A stretch of DNA of 64,000 nucleotides. Source: an uncultured virus (IMG/VR IMGVR_UViG_3300020407_000003) (taxonomy: Duplodnaviria; Heunggongvirae; Uroviricota; Caudoviricetes). The translations under genes were made by a program, and so were the position numbers. How positions within the stretch are numbered: the stretch's first letter is position 1; each line of letters starts with the position of its first letter. Location: positions 1 to 64,000 of IMG/VR virus record IMGVR_UViG_3300020407_000003; one strand, written 5' to 3'. Under the pieces are notes generated by a model. The model searched no databases. It saw only the letters and a program-made list of their open reading frames with translations, and had not been told where the DNA came from. Shown here piece by piece: positions 1-9,390 of the stretch.

Positions 1-5
1 CATCG

Positions 6-389
6 TTGGTGGGTCCAAGATACCTAATATTAGATATCTCGCATGCGCGTGCTACTGAGAATCATTTAAACGGTTCCCTTGCAACTTACAATCTTAAGTT
101 CACAGATTTATTAACAATGACAGTTGAGGCATTGACTAACCTTGAAGATTATTACACCAACGATGAAAAGGTCACCGATTACGGATTGATGTATCGGTGC
201 CTTAATCAATACAACGACAGACATCGTAAGGAGTACACCTTTGAGGATATTCATGACATCTGCACGATAGCGCTTAGAATATACAAGACCATTTACCCGG
301 CCATTGGTACATTCTTTCAGCAATATACGTTCAGTAGACTTATTGTCTCTCAGTGTCTTGGAGATGACCTATATGTTGAGTGCTGTTGA
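6..389 (+). CDS. Hypothetical protein, member 1 of small-paralogue array (may be 5'-truncated by window edge)
   Basis: Frame is open to the window edge; N-terminal YLILD strand and C-terminal beta-hairpin pattern shared with neighbours. Confidence 0.75.
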   Translation: MVGPRYLILDISHARATENHLNGSLATYNLKFTDLLTMTVEALTNLEDYYTNDEKVTDYGLMYRCLNQYNDRHRKEYTFEDIHDICTIALRIYKTIYPAIGTFFQQYTFSRLIVSQCLGDDLYVECC

Positions 390-783
390 ACCAGAAGATA
401 AATTCTTCATCATTGACGTTAGGCAATATATGTTAAAGCTTGATCAGCAAGATGTCCAAGCACTTAACAACATCAAGATGAATTATCATGATGTATTGCT
501 TTTAGCAGCGACTAGTGCATTAACTAGTCAGTTTGATAAAGTCAAGGTCAAGGATCACGTAGAAGGTGAGCTCTACACATTACTTGATGAATATGATGAG
601 CTGGGTGTGTCGGCCGATAACTACCATACGTTTATGCATGTTATCAATATCACGCTACAAGTAGCATGGCCAATAACCCAGTCTGTAGATAATCTACAAC
701 GTAACATTCCCAACATCGAGTTTGTAGATGTTAATATAGTGGGTGATACTACTGTTGTTTACACATACCACATGGTGGGATAA
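373..783 (+). CDS. Hypothetical protein, array member 2
   Basis: ATG 373 after GGAGA is preferred over 304; FFIID...GDTTVVY pattern. Confidence 0.75.
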   Translation: MLSAVEPEDKFFIIDVRQYMLKLDQQDVQALNNIKMNYHDVLLLAATSALTSQFDKVKVKDHVEGELYTLLDEYDELGVSADNYHTFMHVINITLQVAWPITQSVDNLQRNIPNIEFVDVNIVGDTTVVYTYHMVG

Positions 784-794
784 GAGAATATACA

Positions 795-1166
795 ATGATA
801 GTGATTATCGATTTACCTATGGATAGGCCGCCCTATCCTCCTGATCCCTCGCTGACAGCCGCAGATATAATTGAAGCGGCTACTGCGTTATGGGTTAATC
901 AATTCATCGATGATGATAACTTTGATACACACACGGTTGATCAGGTTGTTGATCATATCTGTAGCCGTATGGGTTTGAGTAGCGGTAAAAGTGAAGTACA
1001 GGAAATGATGTGTCATTATGTTAATGACATTATACTGGAAACCTACGAAGCGGTGGACAAGTCTCTACGCCGCATCATGACAACCTTTGGCAATCGGCCA
1101 TTGATTGACTACGTAGGTACTAGCTTCCCTACACTGCTTGTCCAAGTTCATCTAGATGACCGCTAA
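795..1166 (+). CDS. Hypothetical protein, array member 3
   Basis: 123-aa ORF, tightly packed; IVIID N-terminal strand. Confidence 0.8.
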   Translation: MIVIIDLPMDRPPYPPDPSLTAADIIEAATALWVNQFIDDDNFDTHTVDQVVDHICSRMGLSSGKSEVQEMMCHYVNDIILETYEAVDKSLRRIMTTFGNRPLIDYVGTSFPTLLVQVHLDDR

Positions 1167-1512
1167 TATACTTCTTTTGGACTGTAGTAATTTACAGTCC
1201 ATTTATGACGTTATGATACCGATATGGCGTTATGAGACTAGACGTCCTATCCCCGCGTCGTTAGATAGCTTAACTTCTGAAATAATTAACTACTATAAAA
1301 CCTATAGGGTTAAACCCGCTACGAGTTACACATCAGTTGCTAGTTATCTACAGGAGCAATATGAGTTCCCGGTAATAACGCCTATTGTGGAACCTCACTT
1401 TGCGGCCTTTTGTAAAGAACTTTATAAATACCATAAACTAGCATTTGTATTGAGCTGTGACTATTACTATATATGTATCAAGCACAATACCATGTATTTA
1501 GAATTGGAATAA
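1156..1512 (+). CDS. Hypothetical protein, array member 4
   Basis: 118-aa ORF overlapping the previous one; ILLLD N-terminal strand. Confidence 0.75.
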   Translation: MTANILLLDCSNLQSIYDVMIPIWRYETRRPIPASLDSLTSEIINYYKTYRVKPATSYTSVASYLQEQYEFPVITPIVEPHFAAFCKELYKYHKLAFVLSCDYYYICIKHNTMYLELE

Positions 1513-1515
1513 GTT

Positions 1516-1902
1516 ATGGATAATAATCATCAGCCCTACCCACCTACCAGTCCTGTGGTGTATATTGTCTCAGCAGAGCGTGGTGTCAAACGACTGTATG
1601 AGGCTATATCAGCTGAGGAAACCGTCGTTGAAGATTTTAAGAGACTAATAGCTATGGCTGTTAACGCAGCTTCGCTATCAGTAAACGATGTGGAAAACAA
1701 TCGCCATAATGCTATAAACGATTACCTCTATCCATTGCAACTAACCGTCCGTGAGAGAGAGAATTACATCGCTCACCTGGACGTGTTTATTCAGGATCTA
1801 ATAACAGGCTTTCACCAACTTGGTATACGTGATCTAGGAGGTGTTGAGTTTGTCGGATTTGATGGGATGGATATTGTCGTTAATGTCTATGCGCAGCAAT
1901 AA
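1516..1902 (+). CDS. Hypothetical protein, array member 5
   Basis: 128-aa ORF; VYIVS...EFVGFDGMDIVVNV. Confidence 0.8.
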   Translation: MDNNHQPYPPTSPVVYIVSAERGVKRLYEAISAEETVVEDFKRLIAMAVNAASLSVNDVENNRHNAINDYLYPLQLTVRERENYIAHLDVFIQDLITGFHQLGIRDLGGVEFVGFDGMDIVVNVYAQQ

Positions 1903-1923
1903 TAACAAAAAGGAGCACGTGCA

Positions 1924-2268
1924 GTGCTTAAATTTATGATCCTAACCCTAGATAGCTTATCGGGGTTAATTGCTAGATACAGTGAAGAGATGAACCCAGA
2001 TTCACCTGTCGTTAATAATGAAACGCTGCATTGGTTAAATTCAGATATTGATGATTTGATTCAAGGTGGGTTTGAACAACAAACAGACGTCGTACACGCC
2101 ACGTTAACGTCGATCATTGATGATGTAAGCCGATACCTTAATAGATACAACATTGAGGTAGCTGATTTTAGAACAATAGAAATTGTCAATCGCGACGGTA
2201 CAATACTAATTTATTTTGGAGAGTTTAGTTATGGTGATATTCCCAAGTCACAATGTAAGCATACGTGA
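1924..2268 (+). CDS. Hypothetical protein, array member 6
   Basis: AAGGAG RBS before GTG; FMILTLD...NRDGTILIYF. Confidence 0.8.
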   Translation: MLKFMILTLDSLSGLIARYSEEMNPDSPVVNNETLHWLNSDIDDLIQGGFEQQTDVVHATLTSIIDDVSRYLNRYNIEVADFRTIEIVNRDGTILIYFGEFSYGDIPKSQCKHT

Positions 2269-2641
2269 CGTTGTTAGCTTCTCGCTATATGACAATACCA
2301 CAATAGGTACTGTCTTTAGCAGAGTGCGTATTATTGGGGTGGTTGATTACGATACCGCCTCTAACGCCATCGATCCGGTAGCGCTACACGAGGATATCAT
2401 CACTAACCTACCTGAAGGTAGCATTGATGACCCTACGGCGTATAGCTACTTAAAGGTGCAGATGGAAAATGGCAATAAGACGTTTATCGGCATGCCGTGG
2501 GTTAACATGTCAACCCTTGAACGCGTTGGTAGTAGTAAGCTGCAGCTCACTATCGATGATGTTAATAGCGATGACGTCCCGCGCATCCTAGCTGCGTTAA
2601 CCTCAAATGGCTTTACTGTATCGGATACTAAGATCTTATAA
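2231..2641 (+). CDS. Conserved jumbo-phage protein (phiKZ gp49-like)
   Basis: GGAG RBS before ATG 2231; DDPxxYxY...IGMPWV motif; position just upstream of the DNA polymerase gene. Confidence 0.65.
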   Translation: MVIFPSHNVSIRDVVSFSLYDNTTIGTVFSRVRIIGVVDYDTASNAIDPVALHEDIITNLPEGSIDDPTAYSYLKVQMENGNKTFIGMPWVNMSTLERVGSSKLQLTIDDVNSDDVPRILAALTSNGFTVSDTKIL

Positions 2642-2683
2642 TACAAAGGTAAACTTTTACAGACCTCTGTTTATATAGTATGA

Positions 2684-2779
2684 ACGTTGTTGAGTTTGAG
2701 ACCCTCCTCAGTGTTCTTGATCTTGAGCCAGAAGATCGATCCCTAAAGGTAGTCACGCACCTTTATATTTGTCAAACGT
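2684..2779 (+). ncRNA. Candidate structured small RNA
   Basis: No ORF; hairpins 2719-2737 and 2744-2765, possible closing helix, followed by a strong terminator. Confidence 0.3.
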
Positions 2780-2788
2780 AGTGTTTAC

Positions 2789-2842
2789 CCTTCCTACACC
2801 TTTCCTCTAGGGTGTAGGAAGGTTTTATGCCGTCTTTTTTTG
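2789..2842 (+). terminator. Hairpin terminator with TATGCCGT
   Basis: CCTTCCTACACC/GGTGTAGGAAGG stem, then TTTTATGCCGTCTTTTTTT. Confidence 0.85.
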
Positions 2843-2906
2843 TTTTCGTTTTTTACACCCTCAACCAATACCATGAGCAGAAGAATTAACTAAGACGAGT
2901 GTCAAT

Positions 2907-5042
2907 ATGGAAAACCCATTTGTTCTCCCTACCCAAGAGTATGGTCGAGATTTGAATATCCTGGAACGTTACTATCAGGATACCGCAAGATACCTAGCCT
3001 TAGAGACAGGTCGTTCACATGACGAGTGCTACCAGTGGGTTAAAGAAACCACCCACCCTTCAAGCGGTAAGTTGCCTTTAAAAGATCCAAAGGTGCTAAG
3101 CCTTAAACGAGACAAGCCAGGTGAGCGTGATAAGTGGGAAACTACATTCCTTGGCTACCTTCAAAAGGTGAACAACGAGAACTTAATCATCAGTCCTACA
3201 CTAGCAGCATATAGACACCCTGATCAGCACGAGTCTATACTTGCTAAGTATATCCGTAAGAACGTAGATAAGCGTAATGCTGTTAAGAAAAAGAAATTCC
3301 AGTCTACGATGGCAGGTAATGATGCTGAGGCTGGCTTTTACGACATCCTGCAATCTACATTTAAAATCAAGAACAACTCAGTAAGTGGTGGTCATGCATC
3401 AGCTTTCACACCGCTGTATAACAAATCAACCCACTCTACACTAACATCTACCTGCCGTTCGGCTACCGGGTATGCCAACGCCAACAACGAACGCTTCCTA
3501 TACGGTAACCGTCACTATTACGATGTGGATGTGGCAATCCAGAACATCATCTCAATAATCAACAATAGTGATTATAAGACAATAGCAGAAGCGGTAGAGA
3601 AATATAATCTACACGTCCCTAGTGTAGAGGAAGTCTGTGAAACGATTAAATATTCAACAGACCTATACTGGCGTAATCTGCAGTGGTCTAACCGTATCCA
3701 CAGTCTGATATCTAAACTGTCTGATATGGAACGTGTGGCTTATACTTACACGGGTAATTTCTACCATCTACGTGAATTAAACCCAGAGTTCACTAGAACG
3801 TTCCTAGATCGTTTTACTACGTGCTCAGACACCACGATAGACAACCCAGAAGCAGTCATCAGTGAGATGGATGGGGATCTTGAAGCGTATGTAGGCATTC
3901 TGCATGCTCACGATTTAAAGAATAAACCCATCTTTAAAATCAAAGAATCTGAACCTGAGACTTATGCACGCATTGCTAGTTCAGTTAACAATATCTTTGA
4001 CTTACTGAAAGAATATACAGTATTGTTTAAAGCGTTCTGGGTGACCCTCAACCCGCCCGCATCGGTAGCGGTATTACCCGATGCTATACGTCGTGGTGTA
4101 TTGGTGTCGGATACAGACTCTACCATCTTCACTGTTCAAGACTGGACTATGTGGTATAAGAATGGCGTGGTTGATTTCGATGCTAAAACAACGAGTGTAT
4201 GGGCGTTTGTTGTATACATTGCCCAGATGACTACCATGCATCTGCTTGCTTTGTTGTCATCTAACATGGGTGTGGCTAAACCTGATTTGTACAAGTTATC
4301 AATGAAGAACGAATACATGATGCCCGCGCTGTCATTGACAAGTCGTGCTAAACACTACGCCTATTACATTAGTGCGCAGGAAGGTAACGTCTATAAGAAG
4401 ATGAAAACGGATATCAAGGGGGTTGAGCTTAAATCTACTAAAGCCCCTAAAGAGATCATTGAAAAGCTACACAAGTACATCATGAAGCCGATGGACTGGA
4501 CGTTGGAAGGTAAGAAAATCCCTATTAAAGAAATGATGCAAGAAGTTGCTGACCAAGAGCACGCTATCATTGACAGCCTTAATCAGGGTAAGATCGATTA
4601 TCTAACCACCGCCGGTATTAAAGCTGCTGAGTCGTACGCTAACCCACAAGGATCTAATTACATCTATTACGATTTCTGGAATACTGTCTTTGGTCCTAAG
4701 TATGGTGAGGTACCACCACCACCGTATAGCACGGTAAAGGTATCGCTAAATGCTACGTCTAAGACAAAGGTATCAGAATGGATACGTAGTATCAAGGATG
4801 TTGAATTAGCAGAACGTCTTGAAGACTGGATGGGTAAGAATAACAAACTAGCAGGGATAACGCAGTTCTTAATCCCCATGGATGTTATTAGTACCAAAGG
4901 GATGCCTGAAGAAATAATCCAATGTATGGATATACGGAAGATTGTGTTCACCACCATGGCACCATTCTATCTGGTATTGGAGACGTATGGGGTGTATATG
5001 AAAGATAAGAATATCACTAAGCTTGTTAGCGATATCATGTAG
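2907..5042 (+). CDS. Split family-B DNA polymerase, polymerase subunit (phiKZ gp50-like)
   Basis: Motif B-like KIKNNSVSG, motif C SDTDS, AKHY, IKGVE; 711 aa; synteny with chimallin. Confidence 0.9.
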   Translation: MENPFVLPTQEYGRDLNILERYYQDTARYLALETGRSHDECYQWVKETTHPSSGKLPLKDPKVLSLKRDKPGERDKWETTFLGYLQKVNNENLIISPTLAAYRHPDQHESILAKYIRKNVDKRNAVKKKKFQSTMAGNDAEAGFYDILQSTFKIKNNSVSGGHASAFTPLYNKSTHSTLTSTCRSATGYANANNERFLYGNRHYYDVDVAIQNIISIINNSDYKTIAEAVEKYNLHVPSVEEVCETIKYSTDLYWRNLQWSNRIHSLISKLSDMERVAYTYTGNFYHLRELNPEFTRTFLDRFTTCSDTTIDNPEAVISEMDGDLEAYVGILHAHDLKNKPIFKIKESEPETYARIASSVNNIFDLLKEYTVLFKAFWVTLNPPASVAVLPDAIRRGVLVSDTDSTIFTVQDWTMWYKNGVVDFDAKTTSVWAFVVYIAQMTTMHLLALLSSNMGVAKPDLYKLSMKNEYMMPALSLTSRAKHYAYYISAQEGNVYKKMKTDIKGVELKSTKAPKEIIEKLHKYIMKPMDWTLEGKKIPIKEMMQEVADQEHAIIDSLNQGKIDYLTTAGIKAAESYANPQGSNYIYYDFWNTVFGPKYGEVPPPPYSTVKVSLNATSKTKVSEWIRSIKDVELAERLEDWMGKNNKLAGITQFLIPMDVISTKGMPEEIIQCMDIRKIVFTTMAPFYLVLETYGVYMKDKNITKLVSDIM

Positions 5043-5050
5043 GAGGATGT

Positions 5051-5440
5051 GTGGCAGATAATTTTCTAACATACCCTAGCCATAGAAAAGGAAGCAGTAT
5101 CAATAAAGTACTGTCTTCTTTTAAAGCAGGTCAACGAGTCATTGCTGTAGTTGATATTACAGAGGGTGAGTTCGATATGCCCTATGCAAAGGCAAATGAT
5201 GTATTGCGTATTAAAACAATTCATCTAGACGGTAGAGTAAATCCTATCGAGGTCTATCATGAGCTTGGGGCGGAAGAATATAGAACAGCACTGGAGATAC
5301 CTGAGGGTTTAGATTATAGCCTTGAGGATAAAGCGTTCTTTGTTAGCGAGCGAGAGATAGCCGCTACAGTTACCAATCCGTTTATGGATAGGCTTCCACC
5401 TACAGGCGGTCGATACGTTAACCCAGACTATCGTAAGTAA
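5051..5440 (+). CDS. Hypothetical protein
   Basis: AGGAGG RBS, GTG start, 129 aa. Confidence 0.8.
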   Translation: MADNFLTYPSHRKGSSINKVLSSFKAGQRVIAVVDITEGEFDMPYAKANDVLRIKTIHLDGRVNPIEVYHELGAEEYRTALEIPEGLDYSLEDKAFFVSEREIAATVTNPFMDRLPPTGGRYVNPDYRK

Positions 5441-5442
5441 GA

Positions 5443-5492
5443 CAGCATAACTAGGAAGATCTAGCATCGTGCTAGATCTTCCTGTATGCCGT
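5443..5492. terminator. Bidirectional hairpin terminator flanked by inverted TATGC motifs
   Basis: 14-bp stem AGGAAGATCTAGCA/TGCTAGATCTTCCT between convergent genes; CAGCATA on the left, TATGCCGT on the right. Confidence 0.8.
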
Positions 5493-6580
5493 TATATGAG
5501 GAGTTTAAGTCCCTCAAGCTCTATCTCTAAAAGATCCTTAATAACGCCGTGAGGAGCGACCAGTGTGGTCTTATCGCTACGAGCTCGTCTTAGTTCACGT
5601 TTGATTGCATTTTCAAAGTCTCTATCCTGACCTTGTTGTGTAGTTAGATACCATGATGTAGCATGTTTAATCCAAGGTAACCATATCAGCCAAAGTATCC
5701 AGCTTACTTGTCTGGTACTAACTAAACGGTTAAATGGTAACGCATCTCGCATGCATTGATCTAATCGTAATGGTACATTGTCTAACACATCATCTATAGA
5801 CGCATTCATTCTGATTAGCTCATCAATAACATCAGGGTATTCTTTATCAACGCTCCCATCAAAACTAGGAATAGCTAGAATAGGCTTAAGTGCACTTTTG
5901 GTTTGTGCTTCCCCAAGGTAGTGGCGTAAGTAACGGTTCATTAAGCTAATAGATAACTGATGATCTAACATATTTGCTAATACGTACTGATAGACAAATT
6001 GATTAGTAGAACCGCGTTGGTCTATAGGCTTAAGGTTTTCATAATGCGCCCATGTTCTGTACTGGACAGCAAGTAATGGGATGTCTACCGCAATGACACT
6101 ATAACCTACTTCTTCGTGTTGTTTTTGTCCGTCGGGGAGGTTCAAGTTTAAGTCACTGCTAGGATGATATAAGACACGCACTGCGTTGGCATTAGACCAA
6201 TCAGCAAGTAAACCATTGCTGGCCCACTGTGGTCGCGTTAACGTTGTAGCTACCAGGATGTCTACGATGTTACCACCATAAAACTCACCTTCCAAAGGTG
6301 GGTATGTAGATATCTCGGTACTAATCTGCTGACCATGTGCAATATCAGTTTCAATGTCTTCTAGGTAATCGTAATAGCGCATCATGTTCATGGCGTTCAT
6401 GGGCGGTAGGCTATCTAGAAGCTTAACAAGGGGCTGGGTGTCTTTTAAACGTCGAGGTGCGCTTATTGCCTTGGCTTTAACACGCTCTAAGGCTTTGTCT
6501 AATCCGCGTTGGGCTTGGAAAAGACCCGCAAAAACCTTTTGGTTGCGGTTAGGGGAATCTGGAGTAAAAAGCCGTTGCAT
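5492..6580 (-). CDS. Conserved jumbo-phage protein (phiKZ gp52-like)
   Basis: 362 aa, minus strand between DNA polymerase and chimallin, as in phiKZ-like phages. Confidence 0.7.
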   Translation of the reverse strand: MQRLFTPDSPNRNQKVFAGLFQAQRGLDKALERVKAKAISAPRRLKDTQPLVKLLDSLPPMNAMNMMRYYDYLEDIETDIAHGQQISTEISTYPPLEGEFYGGNIVDILVATTLTRPQWASNGLLADWSNANAVRVLYHPSSDLNLNLPDGQKQHEEVGYSVIAVDIPLLAVQYRTWAHYENLKPIDQRGSTNQFVYQYVLANMLDHQLSISLMNRYLRHYLGEAQTKSALKPILAIPSFDGSVDKEYPDVIDELIRMNASIDDVLDNVPLRLDQCMRDALPFNRLVSTRQVSWILWLIWLPWIKHATSWYLTTQQGQDRDFENAIKRELRRARSDKTTLVAPHGVIKDLLEIELEGLKLLI

Positions 6581-6716
6581 GGGTCACCTGTGGATGAGTG
6601 AAGTGATGTAAAGTTTTAATGTTTTCGAGTCATACTATAGAGACAGGTAGCTGTCAGTGTACTTATACTTGGTATAGGTGCCTAACCTGTGTCCCTCTGT
6701 GAGGCGATTCAACCTA

Positions 6717-6736
6717 ATTAAACACCTATATCATTC
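6717..6736 (+). promoter_or_regulatory. Probable early-type promoter of chimallin
   Basis: ATTAAACACCTATATCATT, a variant of the recurring ACCTA(T/C)ATTA motif. Confidence 0.55.
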
Positions 6737-6809
6737 TAGTGGTCTATCCAGGAATGGAAGATCTATTAGCTAATTTTAAGTTTGACAACATAATAAAAGG
6801 TATACCATT

Positions 6810-8678
6810 ATGGCTGTAAATAAAGATAACAAGTCTACTCCGTCTAACCCTGCTATGGCAGAAGCAATGAAAGAGTCAGGCGCGCAGCAAAGCCGTTCAA
6901 CAAACCAAAACCAACCCAATCGAGGAAGAAACGTGGAAGGTCCAAAATCCCTAGCCGGTCTTAATTCTTTATTCAGCAACCCAATGACGCGTAGCACTGC
7001 AGGCGAAGTCACTGGTGAGCTAACTCAAACGCTTCGTAAGATCCTATCTTCAGAGCGTAACAGCGTACTTGAGAAAGTAACGATTGAACCTGTGGACGGC
7101 GATAGCCATTCACTAGCCCTTTCTGTAATTGTATTACAGTTCCCATTCAACGAGCACGTTGCCTGCTATACCTACATTGTAGAAGGTTCTGGTGACGGTC
7201 TTGCAGATCGCGTTCCAACTATTGCTGGACAGCAAGTAAACATCAAGACTGTTCCTGGTGACGTATACGACGATAACATGTGGGAACAAGTTAGCATGTA
7301 TCTTCGCAGCAAGTACGGTAACGAGCGCAGCTTCATCGATGTTGGCGCTAACGTAATTCCACGTACAGTTACAGCTGACCATGAGAAAGAAATCCGCAGC
7401 CTATTATACTTCGGTATCACTGCGTGTTACACTACTCTACTTAAAATCAATGGCGATACCAGCAACAGCATTAGCGTAGCTGATATCAACACCGGTGACG
7501 TGCTAGCAGCGCAGCTTCGCTACAATCCAGGCGACACGCAAACTGCTGCTGGTCAGACTGTACGTTCAGATCTATCTATCGCACTTCGCGGTATCATGCA
7601 AACAGGTGAAGCGGTATCTGCTAAGCAGACTATCCCACTAACAACTGTTGATGGTTACATGGATCTAACTTACGTTCCACGTCAGCAACAACAAATGGCG
7701 TATGGTCAGCCTGTTGATCACCGTCAATACGTACCGCGTCTAGTAATGACTAACGTATCTTCTGGTCTAAGCGTTAACACGCTAGAGCTTGAACTACTAG
7801 GTCTTTCTACTACGGTACTAGCAGCCCAGCACCACGCATGGGTTAAGTGCTTCAAGCCTGTATACGGTGCCAGTAAGAATGACATTCATGACATCGGCGC
7901 ACTAGGCTTTGAAGTTGACTTCGCAAACAATGGTGAGTACGGTCGTATCTCTACTAAGAGCGATTCATTCTCAGACCAAAGTCTGTTCGAGCTAGTACAA
8001 CGCAGCATGTACAACGAAGTACTGTTCTCTTGGGATATCCCTGAAACCGGTGACCTAAGCTGGTTACAAGAAACGTTCCTAGCCGCAGCGGCTGGTAACA
8101 GCAAAGCAATTAACACTCTGTTCAATGCAGCAGATACGTTAACTGGCGGTGCGTTTACTCGTAACTACGACGGTGCTCCTCCTCTAATGAGTGAGATTAC
8201 TCGTGTACATCTTGGTACTTACCTAGATGAAAATAATACTCCACGTGATCTACGTGATCTTGATTACCTAGCGATGCTAAACATCTACGGTGATAAAGAC
8301 CTAGGTCTAGTTGAAGCATTTGGTAACACTTACGACCAGACTGATCGTCCTCAAGAACTACGTCTGGCAGAGCGTGCTAAAATCATCGAAGCTACACTAG
8401 GTGATACAGTAACCATCACTGGTTACGCACGTCGTGTTACATTCAATCCTAAGTTCATCGAAGCGCTTGCTATGGCTTGTGCAGAAGCTGGACTTAAGAT
8501 CCGCCCTGAGGGTATCTACGGTAACGACATGGGTGCCATTCGTGGTAACACGTCAGCTGTTGGTATGGGTATTGGTCAAAACGCCGGTGGTGCTGTCTTC
8601 CAACAAGGTGGTGCTAACTGGGGCGGTTCTGGTATGGGTTACGGTGCTCGTAACTCTGGTGGACTTTGGAACCGCTAA
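6810..8678 (+). CDS. chmA: Chimallin, major phage nucleus shell protein (phiKZ gp54-like)
   Basis: 622 aa, strongly biased codon usage, disordered termini, RDLRDLDYLAML and TGYARRVTF segments; lies between gp52-like gene and nvRNAP beta'. Confidence 0.85.
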   Translation: MAVNKDNKSTPSNPAMAEAMKESGAQQSRSTNQNQPNRGRNVEGPKSLAGLNSLFSNPMTRSTAGEVTGELTQTLRKILSSERNSVLEKVTIEPVDGDSHSLALSVIVLQFPFNEHVACYTYIVEGSGDGLADRVPTIAGQQVNIKTVPGDVYDDNMWEQVSMYLRSKYGNERSFIDVGANVIPRTVTADHEKEIRSLLYFGITACYTTLLKINGDTSNSISVADINTGDVLAAQLRYNPGDTQTAAGQTVRSDLSIALRGIMQTGEAVSAKQTIPLTTVDGYMDLTYVPRQQQQMAYGQPVDHRQYVPRLVMTNVSSGLSVNTLELELLGLSTTVLAAQHHAWVKCFKPVYGASKNDIHDIGALGFEVDFANNGEYGRISTKSDSFSDQSLFELVQRSMYNEVLFSWDIPETGDLSWLQETFLAAAAGNSKAINTLFNAADTLTGGAFTRNYDGAPPLMSEITRVHLGTYLDENNTPRDLRDLDYLAMLNIYGDKDLGLVEAFGNTYDQTDRPQELRLAERAKIIEATLGDTVTITGYARRVTFNPKFIEALAMACAEAGLKIRPEGIYGNDMGAIRGNTSAVGMGIGQNAGGAVFQQGGANWGGSGMGYGARNSGGLWNR

Positions 8679-8698
8679 GTTAAAATTAGCTAAGTAGT

Positions 8699-8739
8699 TA
8701 GAAAGAGGGTCTTCGTATCCTCTTTCTTTTTTATGCCCG
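8699..8739 (+). terminator. Intrinsic terminator with TATGCCC
   Basis: AGAAAGAGG/CCTCTTTCT stem, T-run, TATGCCC. Confidence 0.85.
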
Positions 8740-8763
8740 TTTATAATAAAATAAGGACTTTTC

Positions 8764-9282
8764 GTGACAAAGCCTATGGTAGAATCAATTTTAACAATAA
8801 CAACACCTCGCCCATCAGATATCAAATTACTTGAAGAGCAGCAGGGTATTATTCTCAAACCCATTGTCGGCTTTAAAGACGCCTGGGTTAGTCGATGTGG
8901 TAAGGTCGTTAAGCTACACTACCCGCTAACAGGTGATGCGTGTTATTACTACGCCACCCTCACGGTGCGCCGACAAGATCAACGTTTGATGGTAACGCTC
9001 AAAAGTAGCGAAGGCTCTACCATGCGAACGCTATCTGGTTTAGTGGCTCGCGCCTATCTTGAAGCACCTAAAGACCCCTCGCGTTTTGATCTAATCAACA
9101 TTGATGAGGACAGAAGTAATTGTCATGCTGATAACCTAGCGTGGCAGCTTAAATCACACACCACCAACTATTATTACGAAGTGAAAGACACTCGTGATGG
9201 TTCAGTTATGGAGTTTGATACTAAGAAAGATTTTCATGATTGGGTAAATAAAACGTTTACGTTTAACAGAAAGAAAAGGTAG
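8764..9282 (+). CDS. Degenerate HNH homing-endonuclease-like protein
   Basis: LVARAYL...INIDEDRSNCHADNLAW resembles HNH_3 (HRLVA...NHxDxxxxNNxxxNLxW) but the His residues are substituted. Confidence 0.65.
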   Translation: MTKPMVESILTITTPRPSDIKLLEEQQGIILKPIVGFKDAWVSRCGKVVKLHYPLTGDACYYYATLTVRRQDQRLMVTLKSSEGSTMRTLSGLVARAYLEAPKDPSRFDLINIDEDRSNCHADNLAWQLKSHTTNYYYEVKDTRDGSVMEFDTKKDFHDWVNKTFTFNRKKR

Positions 9283-9336
9283 GATTTTACAGGGGTGAGT
9301 AACATTATGTTTATTATCTAAATGTAATATGCTTAG

Positions 9337-9347
9337 ACCTATATTAC
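9337..9347 (+). promoter_or_regulatory. Early promoter motif ACCTATATTAC
   Basis: Contains the phiKZ early consensus TATATTAC; exact 11-mer recurs at 13034, 28525 and 47094. Confidence 0.75.
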
Positions 9348-9390
9348 TAAAAAAGAATAAGCCCTTAACAAATTAAAATAAGGAGAGATC

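Noticed and set aside
2684..2779. tRNA-like cloverleaf
   Set aside because: No TTCRA T-loop, D-loop GG or CCA end, and arm lengths do not fit; kept only as a generic ncRNA candidate.
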